Positions 15,553 through 29,603 are shown, counted from the stretch's first letter. The stretch is DNA of 64,000 bases from Eledone cirrhosa (GCA_964016885.1 OZ024740.1:424514001-424578000), one strand, 5' to 3'. The notes: generated from the letters alone by a model not told the origin. Translations and numbers: made by a program.

Positions 15553-15700
15553 AAGTGCATTACTGGTACTTTATTTTATCGACCCCGTAAGGATGAATGG
15601 CAAAGTCAACCTCAGCGGGATTTGAACTCAGATCGTTAAGGGACGTAACTATGCTGGAAAGCAAGGCATCCGACCCTATACCGATACTGCCAATCCACCG
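15553..15700 (-). mobile_element. tRNA-derived SINE family 1 (partial)
   Basis: Matches the full copy at 55831-56018 in reverse complement. Confidence 0.85.
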
Positions 15701-16037
15701 AGTGTAAAAATAATAACACGAGATAGTTACCTTGGAAGTGATTTAATTGTCCCTATATTTTGGATTTCGCATCCATCAACTGGGGGTTTTCCGAGGGGGA
15801 AAGTTTTTAGTAAAGTTTTTAGAAGAACAACACGTGGCATCTGTTGTCTATCGTGTGTGTACAACTTAGTTGTACACACACGATAGACAACAGAGGCCAC
15901 AATGATTCAAGAAAACTTCAACACTCTCTTATATATACTATGTATGTCAAAAATATGGCATCCTCCCTATAGACGGTGTACAACATAGGAACGAATATAA
16001 GGAAGTAAGCGAGAGGCACCCCCTACCCAGTTCATCC

Positions 16038-17007
16038 GAGAAGTCAGTAGCTCCACGAGAAGTCAGTAGCTCCACGAGAGCTCAGTAGCTCCACGAGAAG
16101 TCAGTAGCTCGACGAGAGGTCAGTAGCCCCACGTGAGATCAGCAGCTCCACGAGAGGTCAGTAGCTCTACAAGAGGTCAATAGCTCCACGAGAGGTCAGT
16201 AGCTCTACGAGAGGTCAATAGCTCCACGAGAGGTCAGTAGCTCCACAAGAGATCAGTAGGTCCACGAGAGGTCAGTAGCTCCACGAGAAGTCAGTAGCTC
16301 CACGAGAGGTCAGTAGCTCCACGAGAGGTCAGTAGCTCCACGAGAGGTCAGTAGCTCCACGAGAAGTCAGTAGCTCCACGAGAGGTCAGTAGCCCCACGT
16401 GAGGTCAGCAGCTCCACGAGAGGTCAGTAGCTCTACGAGAGGTCAGTAGCTCTACAAGAGGTCAATAGCTCCACGAGAGGTCAGTAGCTCTACCAGAGGT
16501 CAGTAGCTCCACGAGAGGTCAGTAGCTCTACGAGAGGTCAGTAGCTCCACGAGAGGTCAGTAGCTCCACGAGAGGTCAGTAGCTCTACCAGAGGTCAGTA
16601 GCTCTACGAGAGGTCAGTAGCTCTACAAGAGGTCAGTAGTCCACAAGAGATCAGTAGCTCCACGAGAGGTCAGTAGCCCCACGAGAAGTCAGTAGTCCAC
16701 AAGAGATCAGTAAGTCCACGAGAGGTCAGTAGCTCAACGAGAAGTCAGTAGCTCCACGAGAGGTCAGTAGCTCCACGAGAGGTCAGTAGCTCCACGAGAA
16801 GTCAGTAGTCCACAAGAGATCAGTAAGTCCACGAGAGGTCAGTAGCTCAACGAGAAGTCAGTAGCTCCACGAGAGGTCAGTAGCTCCACGAGAGGTCAGT
16901 AGCTCCACGAGAGGTCAGTAGCTCCACGAGAGGTCAGTAGCTCCACGAGAGGTCAGTAGCTCCACGAGAAGTCAGTAGCTCCACGAGAGGTCAGTGGCTC
17001 CACGAGA
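16038..17007. repeat. 19-bp minisatellite (GAGAGGTCAGTAGCTCCAC)n, ~50 copies
   Basis: Direct tandem units with point variants and no spacers. Confidence 0.97.
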
Positions 17008-17102
17008 TATGATGACTCCTCTAACCCCTGCTAACATAGAAAACTGGCCTGAAATGTTAATGATGATAATGATATATACATACGTATCTCTTTATATATG
17101 GT

Positions 17103-17139
17103 CTTTCCTGATGAAGGACTTATGTCCGATACGTCAAAG
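17103..17139 (+). ncRNA. Minimal hammerhead motif (GAAA mutated to GATA)
   Basis: cttt-c-CTGATGA-aggac ttat gtcc-GATA-cg-TC-aaag. Confidence 0.55.
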
Positions 17140-17202
17140 CAGCATATTATTTGTTTATTTTATTTTCATACACAAATATGAAACTAATAAGACTAAGTTC
17201 TC

Positions 17203-17279
<77 letters not shown>

Positions 17280-17479
17280 AAGGGTGATGGGTTCTACTCT
17301 TCACTCAGGGAAAATAAAGAAAATGTTATTTCGTCACCTATATATAGGCATATATACATATACATGCATGTATATATACGCCTATAGATATGTATATAAT
17401 ATATATTTGGTCGTCAAGTATGGAATTTGTAGAAATTTGTTTTTTTCTACACATTTCTACAAATTTCATACTTGACGAC

Positions 17480-17556
<77 letters not shown>

Positions 17557-17566
17557 GTGTATATAT

Positions 17567-18174
17567 GTCAGGTCACCAGCTGGTGCTACTGGTCACATGT
17601 ATCCCAGTACAACCTGTCTCATGGTCGGGTCGTTGGCGACTAAACTGGCAACCCCACCAAGGTTTCTTGGTGAGGAGGGTGACTTTGGACATCCTGCAGG
17701 ACTAAAAACAAAACCTGTCAAAGGGCAAAGGAGCTCTTAAGCGTCAATGGCCATCCAAAATCACCGGGAGAGATGACCCCTTAGCCTTTGTCAAGGCAGA
17801 ATTCTAGGAGAAGGAATACTCTGATATAACACCTGCAACCCTGATGGTATCTAATGATGTTGACTTGTTCTTCTTTTTGGTAAATATCATCTTGGTTAAG
17901 AGAGTGGGACTGGCTTTGTGCAGTGCCTTTGCTCACTATAAAAGCTTCACGGCACAGGCATTGCTTTATATCTGGAGATCTCTCTGCACTTGTCATCACA
18001 TGGTACTATGGGCCCAGCACTATGTGTCAATAATTGTCACAAGTGTAGTGTTTGTACCAGAGTTTTCAAGTCGCTGGCTGGACTAAAAAGTCACACTCGT
18101 TCAGCGCATCGGTAGGGGTTCTCCTACATGGATATAAAGTAGTGGCCGTACTCGAAAACGAGTTGGCAGCCACC
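17567..18174 (+). mobile_element. ~600-bp non-autonomous retroposon (fuller copy)
   Basis: GC-richer island between TA tracts. The 3' 360 bp are shared with 7580-7943. ctaggagaaggaatactctg resembles RTE 5' UTR motifs. Confidence 0.65.
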
Positions 18175-18276
18175 ATATATATTATACATAATATATATAT
18201 ATATTATATACATAATATATAGATGTGGGCGTGTTTGTGTATGTGTCCATATGAATATGTATCTATGTAACTAACT

Positions 18277-18334
<58 letters not shown>

Positions 18335-18740
18335 ATGTGTGTGTGTTTGTATGTACCCATGTGTATGTATGTGAGTTTGTAAATACAAAAGCATGAGCCC
18401 TCGATACGTAAATACAGATTTAATTTATATTACTTAAAATGGCAACAAATCATATATTTCCCTACTCGGAGTTTCACGGTGACAACTGGTTAACAAACTA
18501 CATTTATTCATGAAACTGGAGAGTACCGTATTCTTTGTTGGCATCTTTTAGTGTGTGTGTATGTGTGTGTGTGTATAGATCCCGAGTGACATCGAGAGTA
18601 ACCACAGTAAATAAGGTACTCAATACATAAGTAAAGTGAGAACAACGAAAATCAATATAGAGGTGGAGGCATTATATTCGAGTTCAATATTTTCACCAAC
18701 TTCAAAATTCTACATGAATGAGGTGCTAAAATATTTTCGC

Positions 18741-19520
18741 TTTGGTGGTGAATATTATACCGGTTTCACTTTGGTGGTGGATATTACACCGGTTTCACTT
18801 TGGTGGTGAATATTACACCGGTTTCACTTTGGAGGTGAATATTACACCGGTTTCACTTTGGAGGTGGATATTACACCGGTTTCACTTTGGGGGTGAATAT
18901 TACACCGGTTTAACTTTGGAGGTGAATATTACACCGGTTTCACTTTGGAGGTGGATATTACACCAGTTTCATTTTGGAAGTGGATATTACACCAGTTTCG
19001 CTTTGGAGGTGGATATTACACCAGTTTCGCTTTGAAAGTGAATATTACACCAGTTTCGCTTTGGAGGTGGATATTACACCAGTTTCGCTTTGAAGGTGAA
19101 TATTACACCAGTTTCGCTTTGGAGGTGAATATTACACCAGTTTCGCTTTGAAGGTGAATATTACACCAGTTTCGCTTTGGAGATGAATATTACACCAGTT
19201 TCGCTTTGGAGGTGGATATTACACCAGTTTCGCTTTGGAGATGAATATTACACCAGTTTCACTTTGGAGGTCGATATTACACCAGTTTCACTTTGGGGGT
19301 GAATATTACACCGGTTCCACATTGGAAGTGAATATTACACCAGTTTCGCTTCGGATGTGAATATTACACCAATTCCACTTTGGAGGTGAATATTACACCA
19401 GTTCCACTTTGGAAGTGAATATTACACTGGTTTCACTTTGGGGATGAACATTGCACTGGTTTCACTTTGGGGATGAACATTGCACTGGTTTCACTTTGGG
19501 GATGAATATAGCACTAGGTT
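18741..19520. repeat. 29-bp minisatellite (TTTGGAGGTGAATATTACACCGGTTTCAC)n, ~27 copies
   Basis: Direct tandem units with a positional gradient of variants. Confidence 0.97.
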
Positions 19521-19903
19521 CAATTTTGAAAGACATATTTCTTATTGTTTTTGATATATTTTAAATGAATATGGTTTTCGAAACGGTCAAAAATTATGCA
19601 ATGGAGTTATAAAAAAAAACTATACTCTAAACGACACACGGAACCTTTTAAATATCAAAATATTAAAACTTCATAAATATATTCTCCACTCATGAGAATT
19701 TCTAAACCACACCATCTAAACAAAATGCCTCTGCTTATAAACGGAGTTTGAATTCTTGCCTATTTCTCAGACATAATATAGGGGAGGTTTATGTGTTGAT
19801 CGACTTATATTGGTGAGTATGTACGGCAGATATACGGACACAGATCTAGAAATAAACGTACACATTGACGTTTTTCACAGAATAGAGATTCACACACACA
19901 CAT

Positions 19904-20008
<105 letters not shown>

Positions 20009-20561
20009 TACACACACACATACACAGACAGTTATACACACACACACACAGTCACACACAGTCACACACAGTCACACACAGTCACACACAGTCACACACA
20101 GTCAGACATTGATCGTATCAGAGAAAGGGTAATGTACCTCTGTTATTTTATTATTGGAAAGCTTCAGACAATAATTATTAAAATATGTATTATATTGGAT
20201 ATATATACACACATTAAAATATGTATTATATTGGATATATATATATACACACATAAATACACCATCTTTTTTTTCCTCGACAGATATGTAAACATGTTTA
20301 CATAAATGTGTGCTAAGTAAGTATTTACATAAAGTCTTAAAGAACAATAGCGGCCATATAATATATATTTTTCCAATACTGTAAACATATATACAACACA
20401 ATCCTTACAAATATACACACACAATTATTACCATATATACAACACAGTCCTTACAAATATACACGCATACACAATTATTACGATATTTGCATACATATAT
20501 TTGTATATACATTCATATCTTATCCTAAATCTATCTATCTATCAATATTTATCCATATATG

Positions 20562-20683
<122 letters not shown>

Positions 20684-20964
20684 AGGAAAAAAGGTGAAAT
20701 CGAAAATGCAACTCAATTCTACTTTCGAAAAGCATAAGAACTGTGAAACCGGTAAAGGAAACAAACAAATATTCTTAAAAAGACTCCAGTTGCATTTTCG
20801 ATTTCATCTTTTTTCCTTATATTTTCACTTGTGTAGGACACCTCGTTTTTTTTTCATTTTGAAATATATATATATATATATATTTATATATTTATAAGTG
20901 TATGTGCGTGTGTCTGTTTAAACGCGTGCATACACACATATATGTTTATATATATAAACATATT

Positions 20965-20995
<31 letters not shown>

Positions 20996-20998
20996 GTA

Positions 20999-21122
<124 letters not shown>

Positions 21123-21123
21123 T

Positions 21124-21192
<69 letters not shown>

Positions 21193-21215
21193 GTATATAC
21201 ATATATATATATATG

Positions 21216-21263
<48 letters not shown>

Positions 21264-21277
21264 CATATATATATATG

Positions 21278-21328
<51 letters not shown>

Positions 21329-21359
21329 GTATATACATATATATATATATGTATATACA

Positions 21360-21483
<124 letters not shown>

Positions 21484-21518
21484 TACTTCATACATATATA
21501 TGTTTATGTATATATGTG

Positions 21519-21549
<31 letters not shown>

Positions 21550-21703
21550 CTGTATTTATGTATGAGCGCGTCTTGGCTGAAGAACCTGTGAGTACACAGG
21601 TGAAGCCTTAGATTAACTAGACTCACCGCTGGGCCATAATAAAGAATATTTCAAGTCTACTTTGGCATTGAGTGCTCCTTCTCACGCCCGTCAACAACAC
21701 ATG

Positions 21704-21734
<31 letters not shown>

Positions 21735-21924
21735 TTATATATATATATATATATATATATGAAAAAAGTTTGTCCTTCATCAGTGATCTTCCAACCATCA
21801 TAGGCATTTCATCGCTTTAAAGACCATATACCTCCGGTTGGTGCGAGCAACGGCTAAAAAAAGTCGTTGGGACACGTAAATAAAGGGGGCGCGAGGGTAA
21901 CCAAACAAAATGGTGAAGCAACAG

Positions 21925-22001
<77 letters not shown>

Positions 22002-22735
22002 TATATATAACAAAGAAAGTGTGGCAAGAAACCAGGTGGACCATAATGCACCACAGTACTCGATACTTAGTGTAGTAGAGTGGGTAATAGGAAAAGAGTC
22101 AGGGGTTCGGATTTTGTTCGTATCTTGCTGTCGAAACGGCCGGAGCTCAGCTGTCGGGGTCGTGACTCTTTTCCTATTATATATATATATTCAACACATG
22201 CATACATATTGTACAAGTATGTGTCAATATACAACCCCACATTTTCGTAAATAATGATGTAGGCGGAAAAATTGGAAGATGGAGAGTAGGGATGATACAG
22301 GACGAATCTGTGAAGAATGACCACAAGGAACTTAAGATCCTGAAGTAGATGGCACTAGACCGAATTGACAGGTGACATGGCATAATACAGAACATCCGCA
22401 TAGTATTACATGAAGGGCAACAGCGAGGTAGCTGTGACGAAAGATCGGAGACGAGGTCGGTAGGGCCCTTAAGCCTGCATTGGACAAGACAATTCCTGCT
22501 GTCATAATGGAACGCAACACACCACCCCAACACGGAGTTAGTGATTGGTAACCCTCCCCTCACCTCTTCCCGCTGGGAAGAAACCTCTGAACCTGTCGAA
22601 TACCTGTCAACCTTTCTAATGTTACACCCACTATAAAATTCACCCCAGACATTCCAGAAAGTGGTGTAAATGGTACTACAATGTACCAAATACACTCTGG
22701 GACGTGATTGGTAATTGAGCGGAATCAAAGTAGAG

Positions 22736-22940
22736 CAGGGGCGGTGGAACTGAGGAAGGGGGGTGTCCCTCCCCCAATAATTATATTCTTCTTCCCAAAC
22801 TACCAAAACACACATCTATTTCTATATTGGCTACAGTCTTTTATATCTTGGTTGGTATTGATAATAACTAGACCAATCACTACAACTAAATTGACCAAAT
22901 TTGGCCCCCCACCATTTCAGCAATGCTTCCACCGCCCCTG
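22736..22940. mobile_element. hAT-like MITE
   Basis: Perfect 14-bp TIRs CAGGGGCGGTGGAA / TTCCACCGCCCCTG. 205 bp, non-coding. No clean 8-bp TSD. Confidence 0.7.
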
Positions 22941-22992
22941 TAGAGTAAAGAAGAATCTCCAGCCTTCACTCAGGTTGAGTATTTGACATCTG

Positions 22993-23312
22993 ATGACATG
23001 ATAAAATGCACCCATTATAGTGTGTCAACATCTGTAGTGCTGGTGACATGATAAAATGCACCCATTATAGTGTGTCAACATCTGTAGTGCTGGTGACATG
23101 ATAAAATGCACCCATTATAGTGTGTCAACATCTGTAGTGCTGGTGACATGATAAAATGCACCCATTATAGTGTGTCAAGATCTGTAGTGCTGGTGACATG
23201 ATAAAATGCACCCATTATAGTGTGTCAACATCTGTAGTGCTGGTGACATGATAAAATGCACCCATTATAGTATGTCAACATCTGTAGTGCTGGTGACACG
23301 ATAAAATACACC
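22993..23312. repeat. 50-bp minisatellite, ~6.4 copies
   Basis: Unit TGACATGATAAAATGCACCCATTATAGTGTGTCAACATCTGTAGTGCTGG. Confidence 0.97.
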
Positions 23313-23879
23313 CTTTGCATTCTGTAAAGATATTGACGTGATGAATGACATCCAGCCGTAGAAACCTGCCAAACATGTACAAAATAAAGTCACCCCAGAA
23401 AGTTAAAGTTAATATTTCACTTTTCTTACCTAGATTATATTGAATTTAAGTAATTCAAACCTTTTTTAAAACTGCTCAGAATGACAATTAACCGTTTATA
23501 CTTCTCTTTTAGCCACAGTTCTGTCTGTGATCTTTCGGGGCCTAGTTCAAAGTTCTGTCAATCGTGTCGTTGACTTTTCAGACAGTGTATTTGTATCATC
23601 TACAGGGTCTTTCGAGGGTTCCTTGCCAGGTTCCTTGGCGAGTCTTTGGCGGGTTTCTTCGTGGGGTCCTTGACGGTGCTCTTCGTGAGGATGCGCTGCT
23701 ATTTATTTAGTTTCTGTTAATCTCAAGAGCCACCACGAACGTCTATCTCGGATCAAAGACGTTCCATTCATGAATTTCAATGTATTTCCTATATCCGGTA
23801 TAATACTGTTCAAAGTATTATTCAATTTACGAGACGATAGAGTTGTAGGTCGGGGAAGAACTCGGTTCTTATTCAAGGA

Positions 23880-26800
23880 CAATGTTGGTTCTATAGACAC
23901 TAACTGGTACTCAATGCTGGTTCTATAGACACTAACTGGTACTCAATGTTGGTTCTATAGACACTAACTGGTACTCAATGCTGGTTCTATAGACACTAAC
24001 TGGTTCTCAATGCTGGTTCTATAGACACTAACTGGTATTCAATGTTGGTTCTATAGACACTAACTGGTACTCAATGCTGGTTCTATAGACACTAACTGAT
24101 ACTCAATGTTGGTTCTATAGACACTAACTGGTACTCAATGCTGGTTCTATAGACACTAACTGGTACTCAATGTTGGTTCTATAGACATTAACTGATACTC
24201 AATGTTGGTTCTATAGACACTAACTGGTACTCAATGTTGGTTCTATAGACACTAACTGGTACTCAATGCTGGTTCTATAGACACTAACTGATACTCAATG
24301 TTGGTTCTATAGACATTAACTGATACTCAATGCTGGTTCTATAGACACTAACTGATACTCAATGCTGGTTCTATAGACACTAACTGGTTCTCAATGATGG
24401 TTCTATAGACACTAACTGGTACTCAATGCTGGTTCTATAGACACTAACTGGTTCTCAATGCTGGTTCTATAGACACTAACTGGTACTCAATGCTGGTTCT
24501 ATAGACACTAACTGGTACTCAATGTTGGTTCTATAGACACTAACTGGTACTCAATGTTGGTTCTATAGACACTAACTGGTACTCAATGCTGGTTCTATAG
24601 ACACTAACTGGTTCTCAATGCTGGTTCTATAGACACTAACTGGTTCTCAATGCTGGTTCTATAGACACTAACTGGTACTCAATGTTGGTTCTATAGACAC
24701 TAACTGGTACTCAATGTTGGTTCTATAGACACTAACTGGTACTCAATGTTGGTTCTATAGACACTAACTGGTACTCAATGCTGGTTCTATAAACACTAAC
24801 TGGTACTCAATGCTGGTCTGGTACTCAATGCTGGTTCTATAGACACTAACTGGTACTCAATGTTGGTTCTATAGACACTAACTGGTACTCAATGTTGGTT
24901 CTATAGACACTAACTGGTACTCAATGTTGGTTCTATAGACACTAACTGGTACTCAATGTTGGTTCTATAGACACTAACTGGTACTCAATGCTGGTTCTAT
25001 AGACACTAACTGATACTCAATGCTGGTTCTATAGACACTAACTGATACTCAATGTTGGTTCTATAGACACTAACTGGTACTCAATGCTGGTTCTATAGAC
25101 ACTAACTGATACTCAATGTTGGTTGAATAGACACTAACTGGTACTCAATGCTGGTTCTATAGACACTAACTGATACTCAATGCTGGTTCTATAGACACTA
25201 ACTGGTACTCAATGTTGGTTCTATAGACACTAACTGGTACTCAATGCTGGTTCTATAGACACTAACTGGTTCTCAATGCTGGTTCTATAGACACTAACTG
25301 GTATTCAATGTTGGTTCTATAGACACTAACTGGTACTCAATGCTGGTTCTATAGACACTAACTGATACTCAATGTTGGTTCTATAGACACTAACTGGTAC
25401 TCAATGCTGGTTCTATAGACACTAACTGGTACTCAATGTTGGTTCTATAGACATTAACTGATACTCAATGTTGGTTCTATAGACACTAACTGGTACTCAA
25501 TGTTGGTTCTATAGACACTAACTGGTACTCAATGCTGGTTCTATAGACACTAACTGATACTCAATGTTGGTTCTATAGACATTAACTGATACTCAATGCT
25601 GGTTCTATAGACACTAACTGATACTCAATGCTGGTTCTATAGACACTAACTGGTTCTCAATGATGGTTCTATAGACACTAACTGGTACTCAATGCTGGTT
25701 CTATAGACACTAACTGGTTCTCAATGCTGGTTCTATAGACACTAACTGGTACTCAATGCTGGTTCTATAGACACTAACTGGTACTCAATGTTGGTTCTAT
25801 AGACACTAACTGTTACTCAATGTTGGTTCTATAGACACTAACTGGTACTCAATGCTGGTTCTATAGACACTAACTGGTTCTCAATGCTGGTTCTATAGAC
25901 ACTAACTGGTTCTCAATGCTGGTTCTATAGACACTAACTGGTACTCAATGTTGGTTCTATAGACACTAACTGGTACTCAATGTTGGTTCTATAGACACTA
26001 ACTGGTACTCAATGTTGGTTCTATAGACACTAACTGGTACTCAATGCTGGTTCTATAAACACTAACTGGTACTCAATGCTGGTCTGGTACTCAATGCTGG
26101 TTCTATAGACACTAACTGGTACTCAATGTTGGTTCTATAGACACTAACTGGTACTCAATGTTGGTTCTATAGACACTAACTGGTACTCAATGTTGGTTCT
26201 ATAGACACTAACTGGTACTCAATGTTGGTTCTATAGACACTAACTGGTACTCAATGCTGGTTCTATAGACACTAACTGATACTCAATGCTGGTTCTATAG
26301 ACACTAACTGATACTCAATGTTGGTTCTATAGACACTAACTGGTACTCAATGCTGGTTCTATAGACACTAACTGATACTCAATGTTGGTTGAATAGACAC
26401 TAACTGGTACTCAATGCTGGTTCTATAGACACTAACTGATACTCAATGCTGGTTCTATAGACACTAACTGGTACTCAATGTTGGTTCTATAGACACTAAC
26501 TGGTACTCAATGCTGGTTCTATAGACACTAACTGATACTCAATGCTGTTTTCTATAGACACTAACTGGTACTCAATGTTGGTTCTATAGACACTAACTGG
26601 TACTCAATGCTGGTTCTATAGACACTAACTGATACTCAATGTTGGTTCTATAGACACTAACTGGTACTCAATGCTGGTTCTATAGACACTAACTGGTACT
26701 CAATGTTGGTTCTATAGACACTAACTGATACTCAATGTTGGTTCTATAGACACTAACTGGTACTCAATGTTGGTTCTATAGACACTAACTGGTTCTCAAT

Positions 26801-28332
26801 GTTGGTTCTATAGACACTAACTGGTACTCAATGCTGGTTCTATAGACACTAACTGGTACTCAATGTTGGTTCTATAGACACTAACTGGTACTCAATGCTG
26901 GTTCTATAGACACTAATTGATACTCAATGTTGGTTCTATAGACACTAACTGGTACTCAATGTTGGTTCTATAGACACTAATTGATACTCAATGTTGGTTC
27001 TATAGACACTAACTGGTACTCAATGTTGGTTCTATAGACACTAACTGATACTCAATGTTGGTTCTATAGACACTAACTGATACTCAATGCTGGTTCTATA
27101 GACACTAACTGGTACTCAATGTTGGTTCTATAGACACTAACTGATACTCAATGCTGGTTCTATAGACACTAATTGATACTCAATGTTGGTTCTATAGACA
27201 CTAACTGGTACTCAATGTTGGTTCTATAGACACTAACTGATACTCAATGCTGGTTCTATAGACACTAACTGGTACTCAATATTGGTTCTATAGACACTAA
27301 CTGGTACTCAATGTTGGTTCTATAGACACTAACTGATACTCAATGCTGGTTCTATAGACACTAATTGATACTCAATGTTGGTTCTATAGACACTAACTGA
27401 TACTCAATGCTGGTTCTATAGACACTAACTGGTACTCAATGTTGGTTCTATAGACACTAACTGATACTCAATGCTGGTTCTATAGACACTAACTGGTACT
27501 CAATGTTGGTTCTATAGACAGTAACTGATACTCAATGCTGGTTCTATAGACACTAATTGATACTCAATGTTGGTTCTATAGACACTAACTGGTACTCAAT
27601 GTTGGTTCTATAGACACTAACTGATACTCAATGTTGGTTCTATAGACACTAACTGGTACTCAATGTTGGTTCTATAGACACTAACTGATACTCAATGCTG
27701 GTTCTATAGACACTAACTGATACTCAATGTTGGTTCTATAGACACTAACTGATACTCAATGTTGGTTCTATAGACACTAACTGGTACTCAATGCTGGTTC
27801 TATAGACACTAACTGATACTCAATGCTGGTTCTATAGACACTAACTGATACTCAATGTTGGTTCTATAGACACTAACTGATACTCAATGCTGGTTCTATA
27901 GACACTAACTGATACTCAATGTTGGTTCTATAGACACTAACTGATACTCAATGTTGGTTCTATAGACACTAACTGGTACTCAATGTTGGTTCTATAGACA
28001 CTAACTGGTACTCAATGTTGGTTCTATAGACACTAACTGATACTCAATGTTGGTTCTATAGACACTAACTGGTACTCAATGTTGGTTCTATAGACACTAA
28101 CTGGTACTCAATGTTGGTTCTATAGACACTAACTGGTACTCAATGCTGGTTCTATAGACACTAACTGGTACTCAATGTTGGTTCTATAGACACTAACTGG
28201 TTCTCAATGCTGGTTCTATAGACACTAACTGGTACTCAATGCTGGTTCTATAGACACTAACTGGTACTCAATGCTGGTTCTATAGACACTAACTGGTTCT
28301 CAATGCTGGTTCTATAGACACTAACCGGTAAT
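23880..28332. repeat. 32-bp satellite (AATGYTGGTTCTATAGACACTAACTGRTACTC)n, ~4.45 kb, ~139 copies
   Basis: Direct tandem units, highly homogeneous. Confidence 0.99.
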
Positions 28333-28432
28333 CAGGAGTCTTACATCACTTCCGGCTCTAATTCTGTACTAAGCGACTTACAAACAGTTTTAATCATTTT
28401 TTGACGTAAGGTCATACATACCTGCACTTCAC

Positions 28433-28465
<33 letters not shown>

Positions 28466-28995
28466 GATAGACCCCCCCACACACACATACACACACATAC
28501 ATAGACTGACACACACACACAGATAGACCCCCACACACACACATACATAGACTGACACACACACACAGACACCTCCCCCACACACACCTCGTACACCACA
28601 CAGTCACACACACACACACTCACACTCACACACAAATATAGACACACACACACACACACATTCACACACACACATATATAAGAACAATAATAATAAATAT
28701 GTATATATATATATGTGTGTGTCTGTGTGTGTGAGTGCCGGGTTCAATCGGGGGTAACCACAGTAAGTAAAGTACTCAATACATAACAGAGTATAAATAT
28801 TTAATATAGAAATGGCTTCTACAGGACTATAAGAGTTTACATGCATATGCCTACACCCACACCTGGTTGAATAATTATATATGTGATTATATGAATATAT
28901 ATATATATGTAAAAGGTAAACAGAAATAACAACACAATCGGTACAGTATATGGAAGGGATATATTAGGTTAACGCTTGATATAGCAGGAAGACGG

Positions 28996-29031
28996 TCTTA
29001 ACGTTTCGGATGCTAGTCCTTCATCAGAAGA
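28996..29031 (-). ncRNA. Minimal type I hammerhead ribozyme
   Basis: Minus strand reads tctt-CTGATGA-aggac tagc atcc-GAAA-cg-TT-aaga. Confidence 0.75.
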
Positions 29032-29134
29032 AAGAATGAAAAATAAAATAGATCAAGGGGACGAGCGGGATGGAATTGGAAGAAATGTCTTTAGATAAAA
29101 ATAATAGGTCAATTCATGTTGAAATATATATATA

Positions 29135-29312
29135 TATTGTTATACTTGGGGAGGTCATATTGTTGTAATAATATCATCAGTGGTACTATTATGTTTCCTC
29201 CTGTTGTATTGTATGTCTACGCCAGAAAAATGGCGTAGACATACAATATAACAGGAGGAAACATAATAGAACCACTGATGATGTTTTAGATGTGTAACGA
29301 AAGAACTTTGTT

Positions 29313-29353
<41 letters not shown>

Positions 29354-29542
29354 CTGTATTTTTGACCCTTGGTCTGTCAATCATAAACATTGGAGATATA
29401 AAAGATACAGAAGCGAAAACCAACCAAACAGTGAGTGTGTTCCGTTATTATTTCTGGCAATATTATTACAACAATATGACCCTCCCCAAGTATAACAATA
29501 TTTGTTTCGACACACGATTTCATATCAAAAACCTCGCAAAAC

Positions 29543-29548
<6 letters not shown>
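29135..29548. mobile_element. Family I TA-associated element pieces with a fold-back (29172-29283) and an HHR-like core
   Basis: atgacctccccaagtataacaatat recurs at 29140, 29478, 35048 and 61310. Related pieces at 11330-11515 and 48665-48790. CTGATGA..GAAAgaacTT at 29275-29309. Confidence 0.7.
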
Positions 29549-29573
<25 letters not shown>

Positions 29574-29603
29574 GATAGATAGATAGATACTAGCATTACA
29601 AGG

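Larger units (their letters stand above)
13813..15558 (-). mobile_element. Penelope-like element (Naiad-type), 5'-truncated, with 3' UTR/pLTR ending at (TA)n
   Basis: RT C-terminus (NFLDVTFNL, upstream of one stop), thumb, Cys linker and GIY-YIG. 3' terminal HHR-like motif at 13861-13975. The 5' end abuts a SINE. Confidence 0.9.

Noticed and set aside
23880-28332. 32-bp (also 29-bp and 19-bp) repeat arrays as CRISPR
   Set aside because: Units are directly adjacent with no unique spacers, there are no cas genes, and the context is eukaryotic.
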